This document shows positions 31,016 to 40,585 of a DNA stretch of 64,000 nucleotides, one piece after another. Location of the stretch: the NCBI GenBank assembly GCA_963843525.1, contig CAWJKM010000002.1, positions 209,913-273,912 of the forward strand, in the 5' to 3' direction. Numbering within the stretch: the stretch's first letter is position 1; each line of letters begins with the position of its first letter. The notes under the pieces are model-generated. The model was not told the origin of the DNA. It ran no database searches and saw only the letters and a program-made list of their open reading frames with translations. The stretch is from Ignavibacteriota bacterium. GTDB lineage: Bacteria; Bacteroidota; Ignavibacteria; UBA10030; UBA6906. The position numbers were made by a program, and so were the translations under genes.

Positions 31016-32986
31016 ATGATAGAATCTCTCGTTGCGGTCCTGTTCATTGTCGGGCTCCTTTTTTTCCTTGCCTGGTTCATTCTCGGCTCGATCTACAGCA
31101 TCGGACCGACACAAGTAGGACTTGTTCGCAAGCGGTTTGGCAAGAAATTGCCCGGCGACAACCCGGTGGCCTTCAACGGCGAAGCCGGCTATCAGGCCGA
31201 ATTGCTGATGCCCGGACTCCGTTTCAAGTTTTCTCCCATCTTTGCGGTCACGAAGCACCCGTGGGTCCAGGTCCCGGCCGGCCAAATCGGTGTCGTCATC
31301 GCCCAGGTGGGCAAGCCTCTCCCGATCGGTGCGAAGTCGGCGGCCTACAAGAATGATTTCGGCAACTTCACGGATTTCCGGGCGTTCGTGAGCGGAGACG
31401 GTCAGAAAGGGGTGCAGCGTCCCGTCCTCGCCCCCGGCACTCTCGCGCCGATTCATCCCGTCGCGTTTCTGGTGATAACCAAGACGCTGGTGTATGGTGT
31501 GCCGGTCTCCGAAGAACTGCGACAACGGATGGACAAGAGTACCATGACCTGCGAGGCCTTCGGCCTCGACGTCCGGCAGCTCGACGTCACACGTATCGAA
31601 CCGCATGCGACGGAGGGAGGCAGAGTGCTCGACATGATCGGCGTCATCACAAGCCTTGAAGGGGATCCCCTTCCGGCCGGTGATATCGCAAGCCGTCTGG
31701 GTGCATTCGATGACATACGAGAAATGGAAGACGATGCGCGGCGGGCAGGTGCGCAGCCGCTCACCAATTCGAAACTGATTGAAACAATCCTCGGCAGCAA
31801 GAACGGCGAGCACAAGAGCTATCAGGATTTTCAGGCGTTCCTCGACAAGGGCGGGAGAATCGGCCTTCAGCATGATCCGTTGCTGTATGGCGCGTATAAC
31901 CTCAATCCTTTCCTTCTGCGCGTCGAGCAGGTGCCCATGCTTGTCGTCGAGCAGGGACAGGTGGCGGTCGTGAAATCCTATGTCGGCCTCCCGACGGAAG
32001 ACACATCGGGCGTCGAGTTCAAATTCGGGAGCCTGGTGCGTCCCGGTCACCGGGGCATCTGGGAGGAACCGCTCAGAACCGGAAAGTACACCATCAACCC
32101 GCGCATTTATCAGGCGGAGGTCGTCCCCACGTCCATCCTCAACCTGAACTGGTCGAAAGAGACGTCGGAAGCGCATAAGCTTGACGAACGGTTGACGGCC
32201 ATCGTGGCGAAGAGCCGCGAAGGATTCCAATTCAGTATCGACCTGCAGGTCCTCATCCATGTCCCCGACACGCAGGCCCCCCGCGTGATTTCCATGGTCG
32301 GGAGCATGAAAAACCTCGTCGACGAGGTGCTCCAGGCCGCAGTCGGGAATCTGTTCCGCGACAAACTGGGCGGGATGCCGGCAATCAAATTCATCGAGAC
32401 GCGCCAGATGGTTCAGGAAGAAGCGATGCAACACATCTCCCAACAGCTCGATAAGTATGAAGTGGAGACAAAAGGCGTCTACATTCAGGACGTCATTCTT
32501 CCACCGCAGCTGGTAAAGGTCCTGACCGAACGGGAAATCGCGAACCAGGAAGTCCAGACCTACAAAATGCAACAGACCGCACAGGAGCAGCGCATCGCCA
32601 CCGAAGCGGCAACCGGCAAGGCGGATATGCAGAAGCAGCTTGCACAGTCGGAAGTCGGCATTACGATCAAGAAGAACAACGCCGACGCGAGAGTGCAGGA
32701 AGCGCGCGGAGATTCGGAGTACGTAAAGCAGACCGGTACCGCCCAGGCAGACGTCATCCGCGCGCAGGGCGTCGCCAAAGCGGAGGGTTTCAAAGCCCAG
32801 AATGAGGCGATCGGTCAGACCGGCACCATGCTCGTCAACGTGGCGACAGTCCTCGCAGACAAGAACACGAAAGTCGTCCCCGATATCCTGGTGACAGGCG
32901 GGGGCGGTTCCATCGACGGACTTGCCGCGACGCTCACGAGGCTGTTTGCGGGAAAGACCACGGAGATTCAGAAAAAAGAGAAGTAA
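31016..32986 (+). CDS. flotillin-like SPFH/band-7 domain protein (YqiK-like)
   Basis: N-terminal TM helix, SPFH domain, then a long Q/A/E-rich coiled coil. Confidence 0.8.
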   Translation: MIESLVAVLFIVGLLFFLAWFILGSIYSIGPTQVGLVRKRFGKKLPGDNPVAFNGEAGYQAELLMPGLRFKFSPIFAVTKHPWVQVPAGQIGVVIAQVGKPLPIGAKSAAYKNDFGNFTDFRAFVSGDGQKGVQRPVLAPGTLAPIHPVAFLVITKTLVYGVPVSEELRQRMDKSTMTCEAFGLDVRQLDVTRIEPHATEGGRVLDMIGVITSLEGDPLPAGDIASRLGAFDDIREMEDDARRAGAQPLTNSKLIETILGSKNGEHKSYQDFQAFLDKGGRIGLQHDPLLYGAYNLNPFLLRVEQVPMLVVEQGQVAVVKSYVGLPTEDTSGVEFKFGSLVRPGHRGIWEEPLRTGKYTINPRIYQAEVVPTSILNLNWSKETSEAHKLDERLTAIVAKSREGFQFSIDLQVLIHVPDTQAPRVISMVGSMKNLVDEVLQAAVGNLFRDKLGGMPAIKFIETRQMVQEEAMQHISQQLDKYEVETKGVYIQDVILPPQLVKVLTEREIANQEVQTYKMQQTAQEQRIATEAATGKADMQKQLAQSEVGITIKKNNADARVQEARGDSEYVKQTGTAQADVIRAQGVAKAEGFKAQNEAIGQTGTMLVNVATVLADKNTKVVPDILVTGGGGSIDGLAATLTRLFAGKTTEIQKKEK

Positions 32987-33078
32987 CAGAGCAACCGGCG
33001 TACGCTCATCCCGAGGGAGACATTGACCGTCGCGGGCGGACGTTCTTACGATACAGACGAACCAGTGGGAGAACTTGC

Positions 33079-33288
33079 GTGAATATTACCGTAGAGAATT
33101 GGAAAGACATCGAACGTGAAATCAAAGAATCGGGCGTCCAGGAAACGATCTATGACGAACGAGGCTACCTGAAAACAATCATCTCGAAGAACGGGACGCG
33201 ATACGACTTGCCCGTGGAAGTGATTGCGCAGCTTGTCGATTCGGGAGCCGTCAAGTTCACGCTGGGCAGGCGGACACTGAACCGGTAG
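33079..33288 (+). CDS. small hypothetical protein (69 aa, GTG start)
   Basis: GGGAGA Shine-Dalgarno-like sequence 7 nt upstream; codon usage typical of the neighbourhood. Confidence 0.35.
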   Translation: MNITVENWKDIEREIKESGVQETIYDERGYLKTIISKNGTRYDLPVEVIAQLVDSGAVKFTLGRRTLNR

Positions 33289-33340
33289 GTCGTAAAGCTG
33301 TCTCCGGGCACCCCGTCGAATCATACACATCGAGGACAGC

Positions 33341-34057
33341 ATGATCGAGAGCCTTCGGTCGATTGCAAAGATGATTGATCATTCGTTGTTGCACCCCACT
33401 CTCACCGATCAGGAATTGCTCGATGGGTGCAGGATCGCGCATCAATCTGATGTCGCCTCGGTGTGCATCAAGCCGTATGCCGTGCCGCTTGCTGTTCAGG
33501 CCCTTGCTGAATCCGACGTTGCTGTCGGGACAGTAATAGGATTCCCCCATGGGAACAGCCGCCCCGACATCAAGCTCAAGGAAGCGGAACGTGCGCTGAC
33601 AGATGGCGCAACCGAGTTGGACATGGTGGTGAACATCGGGAAGGTTTTAGGTAATGACTGGCAGTACGTGAATGACGAAGTGCGACTGCTCAACGACCTT
33701 GCGGTGAGCCAGGGCATCATTCTTAAAGTCATCTTTGAAAACGATTTTCTGAACCGGGACGAAGACAAATTGCGGCTCTGCGGAATCTGCAACGAGAACC
33801 ATGTTGCATTCGCCAAGACTTCAACAGGATACGGGTTCGTCAAGCAGCCGGATGGGGCGTATCAATACAAAGGTGCAACGGATCATGACCTGACGTTGAT
33901 GCGGGGGGCATGTGATGCATCGGTTCAAATCAAAGCGGCGGGGGGGATTCGGACCCTGGACGATGTCTTGCGAGTCCGTGCGCTTGGGGTGACACGTGTG
34001 GGGGCGACGGCGACAGTGGCAATTCTGGCGGAAGCCAGGGAAAGAGGATATCGATAA
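33341..34057 (+). CDS. deoC: deoxyribose-phosphate aldolase
   Basis: Class I aldolase DeoC signature (IDHSLLHP..., VCIKPY, VIGFPHG, HVAFAKTSTGYG with the Schiff-base Lys). Confidence 0.88.
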   Translation: MIESLRSIAKMIDHSLLHPTLTDQELLDGCRIAHQSDVASVCIKPYAVPLAVQALAESDVAVGTVIGFPHGNSRPDIKLKEAERALTDGATELDMVVNIGKVLGNDWQYVNDEVRLLNDLAVSQGIILKVIFENDFLNRDEDKLRLCGICNENHVAFAKTSTGYGFVKQPDGAYQYKGATDHDLTLMRGACDASVQIKAAGGIRTLDDVLRVRALGVTRVGATATVAILAEARERGYR

Positions 34058-34122
34058 TTGCAGGGGGAAAGCTTCCGGAAGCGATAGCAATCACAGGGAG
34101 CACTATTCGGACAATTCCCGGA

Positions 34123-34470
34123 TTGGCATGGCTTGTCAAAACGCCGGCATTTCACGCAAGAGAGAGGGACCGCATGACAAAACAGCGGAAGGACCATGTT
34201 GTCGGAGTCGCGTGGTATCGTGCAGAACAATGGTCGGCCCTGAGAGAGTTCTGCGAGGATAGCGAAGAGATAGAATCCACACACGCAGCCTGGAAACGAG
34301 GAGCAGAAAAAGCGATGCGTGCTCTTCGCAGGGAAGGGCAGGCAGTGGAGCCGGTCGATTTCGATCTGGAGGAGTTCAAGGTGTGGTGCGCGGTAAACGG
34401 GACGAAACCGATCGGCGCGTCCCGGTCCGAGTTTACTGCACAGAAGCTGCGCGAAACCCGGGCGAAATGA
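34123..34470 (+). CDS. hypothetical protein
   Basis: ORF only; charged or helical sequence; the start may be the internal MTKQRK. Confidence 0.3.
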   Translation: MAWLVKTPAFHARERDRMTKQRKDHVVGVAWYRAEQWSALREFCEDSEEIESTHAAWKRGAEKAMRALRREGQAVEPVDFDLEEFKVWCAVNGTKPIGASRSEFTAQKLRETRAK

Positions 34471-34517
34471 CCCCACTCGGCATGGCCCCAGTTGGCTGAA
34501 GTGCAATAGGGAAAACT

Positions 34518-34770
34518 ATGGCAGGCTAGGCAACCAGAAATTCCCTCTGCGCAAGGCAAAAACATGGCAGGCTAGGCAACCAGAAATTCCCTCTGCGCAA
34601 AGCAAAATCATGGCAGCCTAGGCAACCAGAAATTCCCCCTGCGCAAGGCAAAAACATGGCAGCCTAGGCAACCAGAAATTCCCTCTGCGCAAAGCAAAAT
34701 CATGGCAGCCTAGGCAACCAGAAATTCCCTCTGCGCAAAGCAAAATCATGGCAGCCTAGGCAACCAGAGG
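34518..34770. repeat. 46-bp direct tandem repeat, 5.5 copies (atggcagSctaggcaaccagaaattccctctgcgcaaRgcaaaaWc)
   Basis: Units begin at 34518, 34564, 34610, 34656, 34702 and 34748 (partial); there are no spacers, so this is not a CRISPR array. Confidence 0.9.
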
Positions 34771-35218
34771 GAGGAAACTTGCCTCATTCTGTCGCGCTAC
34801 CCGCAAACGCGGTCTTCCGGGTAATCCTTGCGTGCCACCCTGTATTCAACGCCCCTGCGATCATTGGGAACCCAGCAAGATTCCGTAAGGATCGACCGGT
34901 CGGCGATCTCCCCGCTCTACCATTCTTCAAGAGCTCGCTTTGGATTTTGGGCTGAACACACCTTTCTCGGTCTTCTTGACATTACCCTCCACGCAGGTTA
35001 ATTTGAGATGCCAACGCCCCCTTTCCTGAACGAGGCGTCTTGACAAAACCCTGAAGGGAGAAAAATCTCTTCCGTCCGCCTCAGGAGGGGAGAGGTTTCT
35101 GCATTTTGGTGTCGGGTTACGAGCGCCCACCCCGGATCGTGCCGACGATCTGATCTTTCTCTCCCTCGCAGATGACCCCTGTGTGGCCGGTAATTACCAC
35201 TGACCAGAAAGCCTTCCC

Positions 35219-38071
35219 ATGACACCCCCGCGATCTCGCACAATCATTCTCGTCCAGTTCCTGCTCCTTGCCGCTGGTTGCGCCTCTGCGTTTGAGAAGC
35301 AATCCGACGGCGTCTTGTTTGAACTCACGAAACACAGACCAGCTGATCCACAATGGATGAAGGTCCAGGTGTGCACAGAAGACATCGTGCGGATCATCGC
35401 TTCGCCTGAGAAAGCATTCTCCAAACGTCCGAGTCTGATGGTCGAGAAAACGGCGAGGGAACCAGTGCCATGGACAGTGACCAGCCGCGACGGATTTGTC
35501 GATATCTCCACACCACGGATCACCGTGCGCGTTCAGCCGGAGAACGGGTCGGTGACGTTCTACGACTCGACCGGGCGGCTCCTGCTCCATGAAAAAGAGA
35601 GCGGCGGCAAGAGTATCAGCGCCGCAGATGTGATGGGAGAGAAGACGTTCCACATCCAGCAGCTGTTCGACTCCCCGCCGGATGAGGCGTTCTATGGTCT
35701 GGGGGGCAATCAAAACTCCATCATGAACTACAAGGGACATGACGTCGATCTGTACCAGCATAACATGGTTGAGGTGGTTCCCTTTCTCGTCTCGAACCGG
35801 AACTACGGAATCCTCTGGGACAACAACTCCCACATGAAACTTGGCGATATCAGGGAGTTTCAGCCCCTGTCCGTCCTGAGGCTCTTTGGGTCAGACAGTG
35901 TGGAAGGCGGCCTCACCGCTGAGTACTTCAGAGACTCCACGTTCAACTCTCTTTTTACTTCCCGCCGCGAATCAACGATCGACCATGAGTATACGGATGT
36001 CCACGATTCCCTCCCCGACGGATACCAGCAACATGTTGCCGCTGTTCGGTGGAGCGGCACAATCGCTGCCCGAACGACAGGGACGTATACGTTCAGGCTC
36101 TGTGGCAGCGGATACATCAAAATGTGGCTCGATGGCAAACTCGTTGCAGACTTCTGGCGTCAGAACTGGCTCCCGTGGACACATTTCCCTCGCCTCGCGA
36201 TGGAGGCAGGAAAAGCCTGCACCATCAAAATCGAGTGGATCCCTACCGGCGGTGCCATCAGCGTGAACTGCCTCGGCCCGGCAGACGACCTCTACAAGAA
36301 CAGTCTTTCCCTCTACTCGGAAGTGGCCGATCAGATCGACTACTATTTTGTCAGAGGAGACAACCTCGATCAGGTCATTCATGGGTACCGGCAGCTTACC
36401 GGCAAGGCACCAATGATGCCCCAATGGGCATTGGGTCTATGGCAGTCGCGCGAGCATTACGCATCGCAGGATGAAATTCTCTCTGTTGTCGGCGAATTCC
36501 GGAAGCGCAGCATCCCTCTCGATAACATTGTCCAGGACTGGTTCTATTGGAAAGAGGACAAATGGGGTGACCATGAGTTTGATCCGACACGGTATCCGGA
36601 CCCTGCAGCGATGATCCGAACGCTCCACGACGATCTGCACACTCACATCATGATTTCCGTCTGGGCGAAGTTCTATGTCGGGACCAGAAACTTCGAAGAG
36701 TTCCGGAAGAACGGGTGGCTGTACATGCGGAACGTCGAGAAGGGGCAGCGCGATTGGGTCGGCCCCGGGTATGTCTCGACGTTTTACGATCCGTATTCGG
36801 AGGGCGCGCGCGATCTTTTTTGGAAACAGGTGAACGAGAAGCTGTTCAGCAAAGGAATCGATGCATGGTGGTTGGATTGTACAGAACCCGACATTCAATC
36901 CAATCTCTCCCGGGAGGAGACAATCCTTCGCCAGGGCCCGACCGCTCTGGGATCGGCATCGCGCTACCTGAATTCCTTTTCCCTCATGCAGACGCGTGCG
37001 GTCTACGAAGGTCAACGCACGGTCAACCCGAATCAACGCGTGTTCATCCTGACCCGGTCGGCATTTGCCGGAACGCAACGCTATGCAGCGGCGACGTGGA
37101 GCGGCGACATCGCGGCCCGATGGTACGACATGAAGGCGCAAATTTCGTCAGGCTTGAATTTCACGCTCGCGGGTATTCCGTACTGGACCATGGACATCGG
37201 CGGGTTTGCTGTCGAAGCGCGGTATGAGCATCCGAACGCAGCAGACCTCGACGAATGGCGCGAACTGAACACGCGCTGGTTCCAATTCGGATCGTTCTGC
37301 CCCCTCTTCCGGGTGCACGGACAGTTTCCCTATCGCGAGATGTTCAATGTAGCCCCGGAAAACCACCCTGCATACCAGGCAATGCTTGCGTACGACCGGT
37401 TGCGATACCGGCTGATGCCGTATCTCTACTCCCTGGCGGGCATGGTCACGCGGAACGACTACACCATCATGCGCGCGCTCGTCATGGATTTCGGGAAGGA
37501 TACAAACGTCCTGGGCATCGGCGATCAGTTCATGTTCGGTCCCGCATTGCTTGTGAACCCGGTGACCGAATACAAAGCAAGAAGCCGGTCCGTCTATCTT
37601 CCCGGGACCGGCTGGTACGAGCTCCGGACGGGGAAACACATCGCCGGCGGACAGTCCATCACGGCCGAAGCTCCGTATTCCGATATCCCGCTCTTTGTGA
37701 AAGAGGGATCGATTATTCCATGCGGACCCGACATCCAGTACACGGCGCAAAAACCTGCCGACCCGATCCGGCTGTTCATCTACACCGGAGGCGACGGCGC
37801 ATTCACCCTCTATGAAGACGAAGGGGTGAATTACAACTACGAGAAGGGGTTGTTCTCGACGATTCCGCTCACGTACAGTGAGAAGAACCACATGCTGACG
37901 ATCGGGACGAGACAGGGGGAATTCCCGGGAATGCTTCGGAAAAGATCCTTCGATATCGTCTGGATTAGCGGGAGCAGGCCGTCCGGACTTGACTTCGCGT
38001 CCGCTCCGGATGCTACGATTGCCTATGATGGGACGCCGCAGTCTGTAGAAATGAAGTTCAAGTCGAGATAG
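35219..38071 (+). CDS. GH31 family glycoside hydrolase (alpha-glucosidase/alpha-xylosidase-like) with a PA14 insertion
   Basis: Signal peptide; PA14-like GTYTFRLCGSGYIKMWLDGKLV; GH31 catalytic region GIDAWWLDCTEPD; conserved GH31 C-terminal beta-sandwich. Confidence 0.85.
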   Translation: MTPPRSRTIILVQFLLLAAGCASAFEKQSDGVLFELTKHRPADPQWMKVQVCTEDIVRIIASPEKAFSKRPSLMVEKTAREPVPWTVTSRDGFVDISTPRITVRVQPENGSVTFYDSTGRLLLHEKESGGKSISAADVMGEKTFHIQQLFDSPPDEAFYGLGGNQNSIMNYKGHDVDLYQHNMVEVVPFLVSNRNYGILWDNNSHMKLGDIREFQPLSVLRLFGSDSVEGGLTAEYFRDSTFNSLFTSRRESTIDHEYTDVHDSLPDGYQQHVAAVRWSGTIAARTTGTYTFRLCGSGYIKMWLDGKLVADFWRQNWLPWTHFPRLAMEAGKACTIKIEWIPTGGAISVNCLGPADDLYKNSLSLYSEVADQIDYYFVRGDNLDQVIHGYRQLTGKAPMMPQWALGLWQSREHYASQDEILSVVGEFRKRSIPLDNIVQDWFYWKEDKWGDHEFDPTRYPDPAAMIRTLHDDLHTHIMISVWAKFYVGTRNFEEFRKNGWLYMRNVEKGQRDWVGPGYVSTFYDPYSEGARDLFWKQVNEKLFSKGIDAWWLDCTEPDIQSNLSREETILRQGPTALGSASRYLNSFSLMQTRAVYEGQRTVNPNQRVFILTRSAFAGTQRYAAATWSGDIAARWYDMKAQISSGLNFTLAGIPYWTMDIGGFAVEARYEHPNAADLDEWRELNTRWFQFGSFCPLFRVHGQFPYREMFNVAPENHPAYQAMLAYDRLRYRLMPYLYSLAGMVTRNDYTIMRALVMDFGKDTNVLGIGDQFMFGPALLVNPVTEYKARSRSVYLPGTGWYELRTGKHIAGGQSITAEAPYSDIPLFVKEGSIIPCGPDIQYTAQKPADPIRLFIYTGGDGAFTLYEDEGVNYNYEKGLFSTIPLTYSEKNHMLTIGTRQGEFPGMLRKRSFDIVWISGSRPSGLDFASAPDATIAYDGTPQSVEMKFKSR

Positions 38072-38119
38072 TTCCTGCACTTTTGCGACCCGTTTCACGG
38101 CACGATAAGGAAATTCACC

Positions 38120-40573
38120 ATGAACACATCACGAATCACCGCAGGACGATCTGCTGCCAGCTTCCTGGTCCTTTTCATTCTCACTTCACTGGCGGTCACA
38201 GGGTGCGTACCATCGCCTGCAACCAGGAAGGCAGAAGACTTCTGCAAAGATTGGAAGTTCATGCTCGGCGATCTCCCGGACGGTCAGCAACCGGGCCTGG
38301 ACGATTCTCAATGGCGGCAACTCAACCTGCCGCACGACTGGAGCATCGAAGGCGCGTTCAGTGAGAAGAACCCTGCCACGCCCGGCGGAGGAGCCCTGCC
38401 CGGCGGGATTGGCTGGTACAGGAAAGAATTCACAATGCCGGAGACCGAACGAGGGCGCCTGGCATTTGTGGATTTCGATGGGGTGTACAGAAACAGCAAG
38501 GTCTGGATCAACGGCCACTTCCTTGGCTTGCGGCCGTACGGCTACATCTCATTCCAGTACGAGCTGACGCCCTACCTGCATTACGGGAACGAAAAGAACG
38601 TCCTGGCCGTCAAGGTCGACAACTCAGAGCAACCGAATTCGCGCTGGTATTCCGGCTCGGGGATCTACCGCAAGGTCTGGCTGACCACAACGGCGAAGAC
38701 CCGTGTTGATCACTGGGGGACCTACGTCACGACCCCTGCGGTGACCGAACATGCCGCAACGGTGGCTCTCCGGACTCGCGTGCGCAACGCCGGGACAGAA
38801 GATCTCCCCGTCACGCTCAAGACCGTCATTCACGACAACAAGGGAAATGAAGTCGCACGCGCGGAGGTCAATGGCGTCGTGCCAAAGGATTCGGCGCGCT
38901 CGTTCGATCAGTCGCTCACGGTGGATAATCCGGTTTTCTGGTCGATCGAGCAGCCGGCCCTGTATCGTGCCGTCACGTTCGTCGAAGCCAACGGAGCGAC
39001 GATGGACCGGTATGATACGCCCTTCGGCATTCGTACCTTCGAGTTCGATCCCGCAAAAGGATTTTTTCTCAACGGTAAGCCGCTCAAAATCAAAGGCGTA
39101 TGCGATCATCATGATCTTGGATGCCTCGGCGCAGCCGTCAATACCCGCGCGATCGAACGTCAGCTCGAACTCCTCAAAGGAATGGGGGTCAATGCCATCA
39201 GGACTTCCCACAATCCTCCCGCACCGGAACTCCTCGACCTGTGCGACACCCTGGGGTTCATCGTGATGGACGAAGCCTTCGACATGTGGAAGAAAGGGAA
39301 GACCCCGTATGATTACTCATTGAACTGGGAGGAATGGCATCGCCGGGATTTAACCGATATGGTTCTGCGGGACAGGAACCATCCGAGCGTGTTCATCTGG
39401 AGCATCGGCAACGAAGTCATGGAACAGTGGGATCAGAAGGATAGCAGCGGGAGCGTTATCGCGCGCGAGCTCGCATCGATCGTGAAATCCCTGGATCCGA
39501 CCCGTCCTGTTACGGCCGCCTGCAATGAGCCGAATCCGCTGAACCCTCTCATCCGTTCGGGCGCCCTGGATTTGGTCGGTCTCAATTATCACATAGAGGG
39601 ATTCCCGACGTTCCCCACAACGTATCCGGGAAAGAAATTCATTGCGACGGAGACGACCTCGGCGCTGGAAACCCGCGGCTCCTACGATATGCCCTCCGAC
39701 AGCATACGACGCTGGCCGCTCCGCTGGGATCGCACGTTTCTCGACGGAAACCCGGACAATACCTGTTCGGCGTACGACAATTGCAGCACTCCGTGGGGGT
39801 CGACACACGAAGAAACCTGGAAGGTCATAAAGAAATATGACTTTCTCTCGGGAATGTTCATCTGGACCGGATTCGACTACCTGGGAGAACCTACTCCATA
39901 CGGCTGGCCATCCCGGAGTTCATATTTTGGGATCATCGACCTCGCGGGGTTTCCCAAGGATTCGTACTACATGTATCAAAGCGAGTGGACGGACAAACCC
40001 GTGCTTCACGTGTTCCCCCACTGGAACTGGAAGCCGGGACAAACGGTCGATGTATGGGCGTACACGAATTGTGAAGAGGTGGAGCTTTTTTTGAACGGGA
40101 AATCGCTCGGAACCAGAAAGAAGAGCGGAGATGAACTGCATCTGATGTGGCGGCTCACGTTTGTCCCGGGTACGTTGAAAGCGGTGGGACGTTCCGGCGG
40201 GAAGGAGGTTCTGGTCCGTGAAATCAAGACGGCGGGTGCTCCGGCAAAAATCGCGCTCGAGGCCGACCGGAGCGCGATCTCGTCAAACAGTGAAGATCTG
40301 TCGTTCGTCACTGCGAAGGTGCTGGATGCCGATGGCACGATGGTTCCCAACGCCGACAATCTGCTCCACTTCACCATTTCAGGGGCCGGTCAAATCGTCG
40401 GCGTCGACAACGGTCTTCAGACGAGTCACGAACCATTCAAGGCGACCGACCACAAGGCCTTCAACGGCCTTTGTCTCGCTGTGATACAATCCACGGAGAA
40501 ACCCGGGAGCATAACTCTCAAAGCAAGCGCCGATGGTCTGAAATCGTCGTCGATCGTGATCGAATCACGCTGA
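38120..40573 (+). CDS. GH2 family glycoside hydrolase (beta-galactosidase-like)
   Basis: GH2 N-terminal sugar-binding region (DWKFMLGD...W..LNLPHDWSIEG) and TIM-barrel region (NAIRTSHNPPAPELLDLCD, WSIGNE). Confidence 0.88.
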   Translation: MNTSRITAGRSAASFLVLFILTSLAVTGCVPSPATRKAEDFCKDWKFMLGDLPDGQQPGLDDSQWRQLNLPHDWSIEGAFSEKNPATPGGGALPGGIGWYRKEFTMPETERGRLAFVDFDGVYRNSKVWINGHFLGLRPYGYISFQYELTPYLHYGNEKNVLAVKVDNSEQPNSRWYSGSGIYRKVWLTTTAKTRVDHWGTYVTTPAVTEHAATVALRTRVRNAGTEDLPVTLKTVIHDNKGNEVARAEVNGVVPKDSARSFDQSLTVDNPVFWSIEQPALYRAVTFVEANGATMDRYDTPFGIRTFEFDPAKGFFLNGKPLKIKGVCDHHDLGCLGAAVNTRAIERQLELLKGMGVNAIRTSHNPPAPELLDLCDTLGFIVMDEAFDMWKKGKTPYDYSLNWEEWHRRDLTDMVLRDRNHPSVFIWSIGNEVMEQWDQKDSSGSVIARELASIVKSLDPTRPVTAACNEPNPLNPLIRSGALDLVGLNYHIEGFPTFPTTYPGKKFIATETTSALETRGSYDMPSDSIRRWPLRWDRTFLDGNPDNTCSAYDNCSTPWGSTHEETWKVIKKYDFLSGMFIWTGFDYLGEPTPYGWPSRSSYFGIIDLAGFPKDSYYMYQSEWTDKPVLHVFPHWNWKPGQTVDVWAYTNCEEVELFLNGKSLGTRKKSGDELHLMWRLTFVPGTLKAVGRSGGKEVLVREIKTAGAPAKIALEADRSAISSNSEDLSFVTAKVLDADGTMVPNADNLLHFTISGAGQIVGVDNGLQTSHEPFKATDHKAFNGLCLAVIQSTEKPGSITLKASADGLKSSSIVIESR

Positions 40574-40585
40574 GACGATGCACCG

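Noticed and set aside
30914-32572. 552-aa minus-strand ORF
   Set aside because: It is antisense to the flotillin gene, which has clear SPFH motifs and a signal/TM start.
34518-34770. Possible CRISPR array
   Set aside because: The 46-bp units are contiguous with no unique spacers and no cas genes nearby, so this is a tandem repeat rather than a CRISPR.
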